The translations under genes and the position numbers were made by a program. Under the pieces are notes generated by a model, which was given only the letters and a program-made list of their open reading frames with translations, made no database searches and had not been told where the DNA came from. Positions 60,488-64,000 of a DNA stretch of 64,000 bases are shown here, piece after piece (position 1 is the first letter of the stretch; each line of letters begins with the position of its first letter). The stretch comes from Malacoraja senta. Lineage: Eukaryota. The DNA lies in assembly GCA_038087875.1 (NCBI GenBank), contig CM075988.1, positions 18,478,001 to 18,542,000 of the forward strand, written 5' to 3'.

Positions 60488-61032
60488 CATAGAAACATAG
60501 AAACAGAAAATTGGTGCAGGAGTAGGCCATTCGGCCCTTCGAGCCGGCACCGCCATTCAATATGAACATGGCTGATCATCCAAAATCAGTACCCCGTTCC
60601 TGCTTTCTCCCCATATCACTTGATTCCATTAGCCCTAAGAGCTAAATCTATCTCTATCGTCAAAGAGTCATTGAGTCACACAGGACAGACACAGGCCATT
60701 CGGCCCAACTAGTTCATGCTAACCAAGGTGCCCCATCTAAACTAATCCCCTTTACCCATGTTTAGCCCATATCCCTCTAAACCTTTCCGATCCAAGTGTC
60801 TTTTAAATGTTGTTATATTACCTGCCTCAACTACCTCCTCTAGCAGGTTGCTCCATATGCCCACCATCCTTTGTGAGAGAAAGTTCCCCATCAGGTACAT
60901 ATTAAATCTTTCCCCTTTCACCTTAAACTTGTGCTCTCTAGTTCTTGATTCCTTTAACTTGGGAAAAAGACTCAGCCTATCTATTCCCCTCATGATTTTA
61001 TAAACCTCTATACGATCACCCCTCAGCCCCCT
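60488..61032 (-). mobile_element. Two CR1/HER1 3' fragments
   Basis: (CTATGTTT) and (TGACTC) tails; ESRTREHKFKVKGERFN..EEVVEAG. Confidence 0.9.
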
Positions 61033-61449
61033 CAGTTTAGTTTAATTTAGTTTAGTTTATTGTCACGTGTACCGAGGTACAGTGAAAAGCTTTATTTTGC
61101 TGCGTGCTATTCAGTCAGTGAAAAGACTCTGCATGATTACAGTCAAGCCGCCCGTCCACAGTGTACAGATACATGTTTAAGGGAATAATGTTTAGTGCAA
61201 GGTAAAGTCCGATTAAAGGTAGGCAGATGGTCTCCAATGAGGTAGATGTGGGGCCAGGACTGTTCTCTAGTTGGTGCGAGGATGGTTCAATTGCCTGATA
61301 ACAGCTGGGAATAAACTCAATTTCAGTGTCTGGTCAGTGGTCGCCCCCATGATATTGCTGGTGGGGTGTCAGTGATAGGAATGCCAATGAACGTCAGGGG
61401 TGATGGCTGGATTTTCCCTTGCTGGATATCACCACTGGCTGGCACTTCT

Positions 61450-61740
61450 GGGCAGCACGGTAGAATTGCTGCCTCACAGCGCCAGAGACCCGGGTTCGAT
61501 CCTGACTATGGGTGCTTGTCTGTACGGAGTTTGTACTTTCTGCCCGTGACCTGCGTGGGCTTTCTCTGGGAACTTCGGTTTCTTCCCACACTTCAAAGAG
61601 GTACAGGTTGGTAGGTTAATTGGCTTGATATAATTGTAAATTGTCCCTAGTGTGTAGGATAGTGTTAGTGTGTGGGGATCGCTGGGCAACACGGGCTCAG
61701 TGAGCCGTAGGTCGAATGGCTTGTTTCCGAGCTGTATCTC
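61450..61740 (+). mobile_element. HE1-type V-SINE inserted in an old LINE fragment (~61345-61810, minus)
   Basis: B box, V domain, tail; host sequence resumes at TGAATGTTATTTG. Confidence 0.85.
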
Positions 61741-61814
61741 AGCATTAAATTGAATGTTATTTGGCACCAATCAGCCCAGGCCTGGAAAGTGTCCAAGTCT
61801 TGCTGCATTTAGGA

Positions 61815-62408
61815 GAGCTCCCCCTCCTCTCCCCCCACTCACCATCAACAACACCACAGTCACATCTGTGGAGTAATTTAAGTTCCTTGGAACCATCATC
61901 TCCAGGGACCTTAGATGGGGGGGCCACCATCAAGTCCACAATCAAAAAGGCCTAACAGAGGATGTGCTTGCTGTGGCAGCTGAGAAAAGACAATCAGCCA
62001 CAGGCAATGATGGTCCAGTTGGCTGCAACCTTCCCCCCATCGATGAACTCTACACTGCCAGGGCCAGGAAGCGAGCGGGTAAGATCATCTCTGACCCCTC
62101 TCACCCTGGCCACAAACTCTTTGAATCACTTCCCTCTGGAAGGCAACTCCGGATTGTCAAAGCCGCCACAGCCAGACATAAAAACAGTTTTTATCCACGA
62201 GTAGTAGCTCTACTCAACAACCAAAAGTCTGTAGCCTCCTTGTGCTCTGGCATTTTATTTCATTCTTCACATGTTTAAATTATAATGTGTTATTCTTAAT
62301 TATTTACAGTATATCGTGTTGTTACTTGCGAGCAAAGCACCAAGGCAAATTCCTTGTATGTGTACACACTTGGCTAATAAAATGTATTCAATTCATTTCA
62401 ATTCAATT
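61815..62408 (+). mobile_element. Rex1/Babar LINE 3' fragment with internal deletion
   Basis: FKFLGTIISRDLRW..QLRK..MMVQ joined to GCNLPPIDELYTARARKRAGKIISDPSHPGHKLFESLPSGR; (ATTCA)n tail. Confidence 0.92.
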
Positions 62409-62688
62409 TGTATACACACCAGACCCATCCACAACATGATGCCAATTATACCAATGTAAACATTAACAGACAGGTCAGAGTCTACCTGGCAACAGCACAG
62501 AAATGTGCATTGCACTTCGCTTCTACGCTGTTGTTAAATCGAGTTTTTACTTGCTCATGTTCGATCAATGATTATGTGCTTGTGTAGGCTTTGGTGTTAA
62601 TAGAATTGGTCCGTGGAGACTGGTAATGAAATATAAGCAAATTAGCTTTAATATTGCAGGCTATGGTGGAGCGAAGGATGGAGTAAAG

Positions 62689-62878
62689 CAGTTCTTAACC
62701 TGCGGGTCGGGACCCCCATAGGGAGGGTCATTTGGGGCTTTACCGGGGACATGAGGGGGTCATAAATAACATATCAATTTGTTGAGCCCATTTTTAGGAA
62801 CCTAACAAAGGTACATACCACATACAGTATTTGGTTCGCCTATGCGCGTACATATGCCAAAAAGGTTAAGAACTACTG
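62689..62878. mobile_element. hAT (Charlie-like) MITE
   Basis: CAG(---)TTCTTAACC / GGTTAAGAACTACTG termini; 8-bp TSD GAGTAAAG (62681-62688 / 62879-62886). Confidence 0.8.
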
Positions 62879-62884
62879 GAGTAA

Positions 62885-63456
62885 AGGGGCTGTCCCACTT
62901 GGGCGACCTAATTGGCGAGTTAGAAGAGTTTGAAAAAATGACATGTTGAAGACCTCCTTCGACTATGTAGGAGACCTCCTTCGACCTTCTTCGACTATGT
63001 TGAAGACCAGCTTCGACTAGCTACGACTAGCTGCGGGAAAATTGGACACCGAATAGTGGAGAGTGAAGACGACCTCCTTCGATCTCCTTCGACCTCCCTT
63101 TGACCTCCCTTCGACTACGATGAAGACTATCTACGACTACCTTTGACTACCCTCGATTACCTACGACTAACATGCCGACCTACTACGACCTACTACTACC
63201 TACTACGACTAAACCTACGAGTAAAAAAAGTAGCGATTTTATCCATGGTGACCATGTTTTACTCGCGGGCATTTTTTAACATATTGAAAAAAACGCCGCG
63301 ACCTAGCTGAGGCCTTGAGTACGCGGAGACCACTCTCGAGCATGAAGGAGAGTTACGAAGACCTCCTACGACCTCGTGTCGACCATGCTGCGAGTATGAG
63401 TCGAGGGCAAACTCGCCAGAACTCGCGGATTAGGTCACCCAAGTGGGACAGGCCCT
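62885..63456. mobile_element. PIF/Harbinger MITE with internal short tandem repeats
   Basis: AGGGGCTGTCCCACTTGGG / CCCAAGTGGGACAGGCCCT; TAA TSD (62882-62884 / 63457-63459); GACCTCCTTC and CTACGA repeats. Confidence 0.92.
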
Positions 63457-63739
63457 TAAAGGGTTTATAAAGGGCTGTTCAACTCGGTACATTATTTGTA
63501 TGAACTGTTGGAGGAGGTTTACAAGCCTCTGCCACTTTAAACGACCTGCTGCAAAAGCAGATTTCAGATTTACCTTCTACCCCCTCCCGCCGGCCTTGAT
63601 TTTGTACTTCAAAGGAGAAAGCACAGCTCTCCAGCAACAGCAGAACCAGTGGGGAAATGGATGTGACGGGACCCTTGGTGGTGACCCTCCTGGTGGCCAT
63701 TACTCCCGAATGTCTGATCATCGTTATCTCTTCATTGAT

Positions 63740-63921
63740 ACCTTTTGGCATGTTTTTCATTCATTAGTTTCATATCTCTCTATATCACCATCTATATCTC
63801 ACGTTGCCCTTTCCCCTGACTCTCAGTCTGAGGAAGGATCTAGACCCAAAACGCCACCTGTTCCTTTTCTCCAGAGATGCTGCCTGACCCGCAGAGTTAC
63901 TCCAGCTCTTTGTGTCTATCT
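63740..63921 (+). repeat. Penelope-derived unit
   Basis: CTGACTCTCAGTCTGAGGAAGG..TTCTCCAGAGATGCTGCCTGACCC..GAGTTACTCCAG. Confidence 0.8.
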
Positions 63922-64000
63922 CTTGTTGACTCTTGTCAGCCGTGAGCCTTGTGAGGTCGAACCTCTCTTGTTGCCAGTTTTATGCTTTATTCCTATAATT

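Noticed and set aside
62945..63220. CRISPR-like or novel repeat array (GACCTCCTTC / CTACGA)
   Set aside because: Irregular short tandem units without unique spacers, inside a Harbinger MITE in vertebrate DNA
63479..63760. Possible exon/ORF near the window end
   Set aside because: Several frames are open, no clear donor site, no recognisable protein, and it runs into a Penelope unit

Overview
Eukaryotic, repeat-dominated DNA with two 200-N scaffold gaps (5347-5546, 32259-32458). The repeat content (HE1 V-SINEs, HER1/CR1 LINEs, Deu-domain SINEs) points to a cartilaginous fish, most likely a skate or ray (inference). I found no convincing host protein-coding gene, so the window looks intergenic or intronic, with AT-rich unique islands between transposons. 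All recognisable coding sequence is transposon-derived: L2 RT, L1 zinc-knuckle C-terminus, Rex1/Babar and CR1 fragments, Penelope C-termini and a probable Harbinger transposase N-terminus. The most interesting signal is three different candidate self-cleaving RNA motifs on non-autonomous retroelements. (1) A 54-nt HDV-like fold forms the 5' end of a 137-nt Ingi/Vingi-like mini-element (32012-32148). (2) An HDV-like fold forms the 5' end of a bipartite RTE-derived element (6383-6801; disrupted second copy 41890-42918). (3) Many minimal hammerhead cores lie in Penelope-derived palindromic insertions flanked by 13-18 bp direct repeats. Also notable: three Harbinger MITEs that share a TIR but have different interiors (one with its empty site preserved in a local inverted duplication), three hAT MITEs, and a young teleost-like SINE/L2 pair that may be horizontally acquired. 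Family names come from my recognition of motifs, not from database searches. Boundaries of decayed repeats are approximate.
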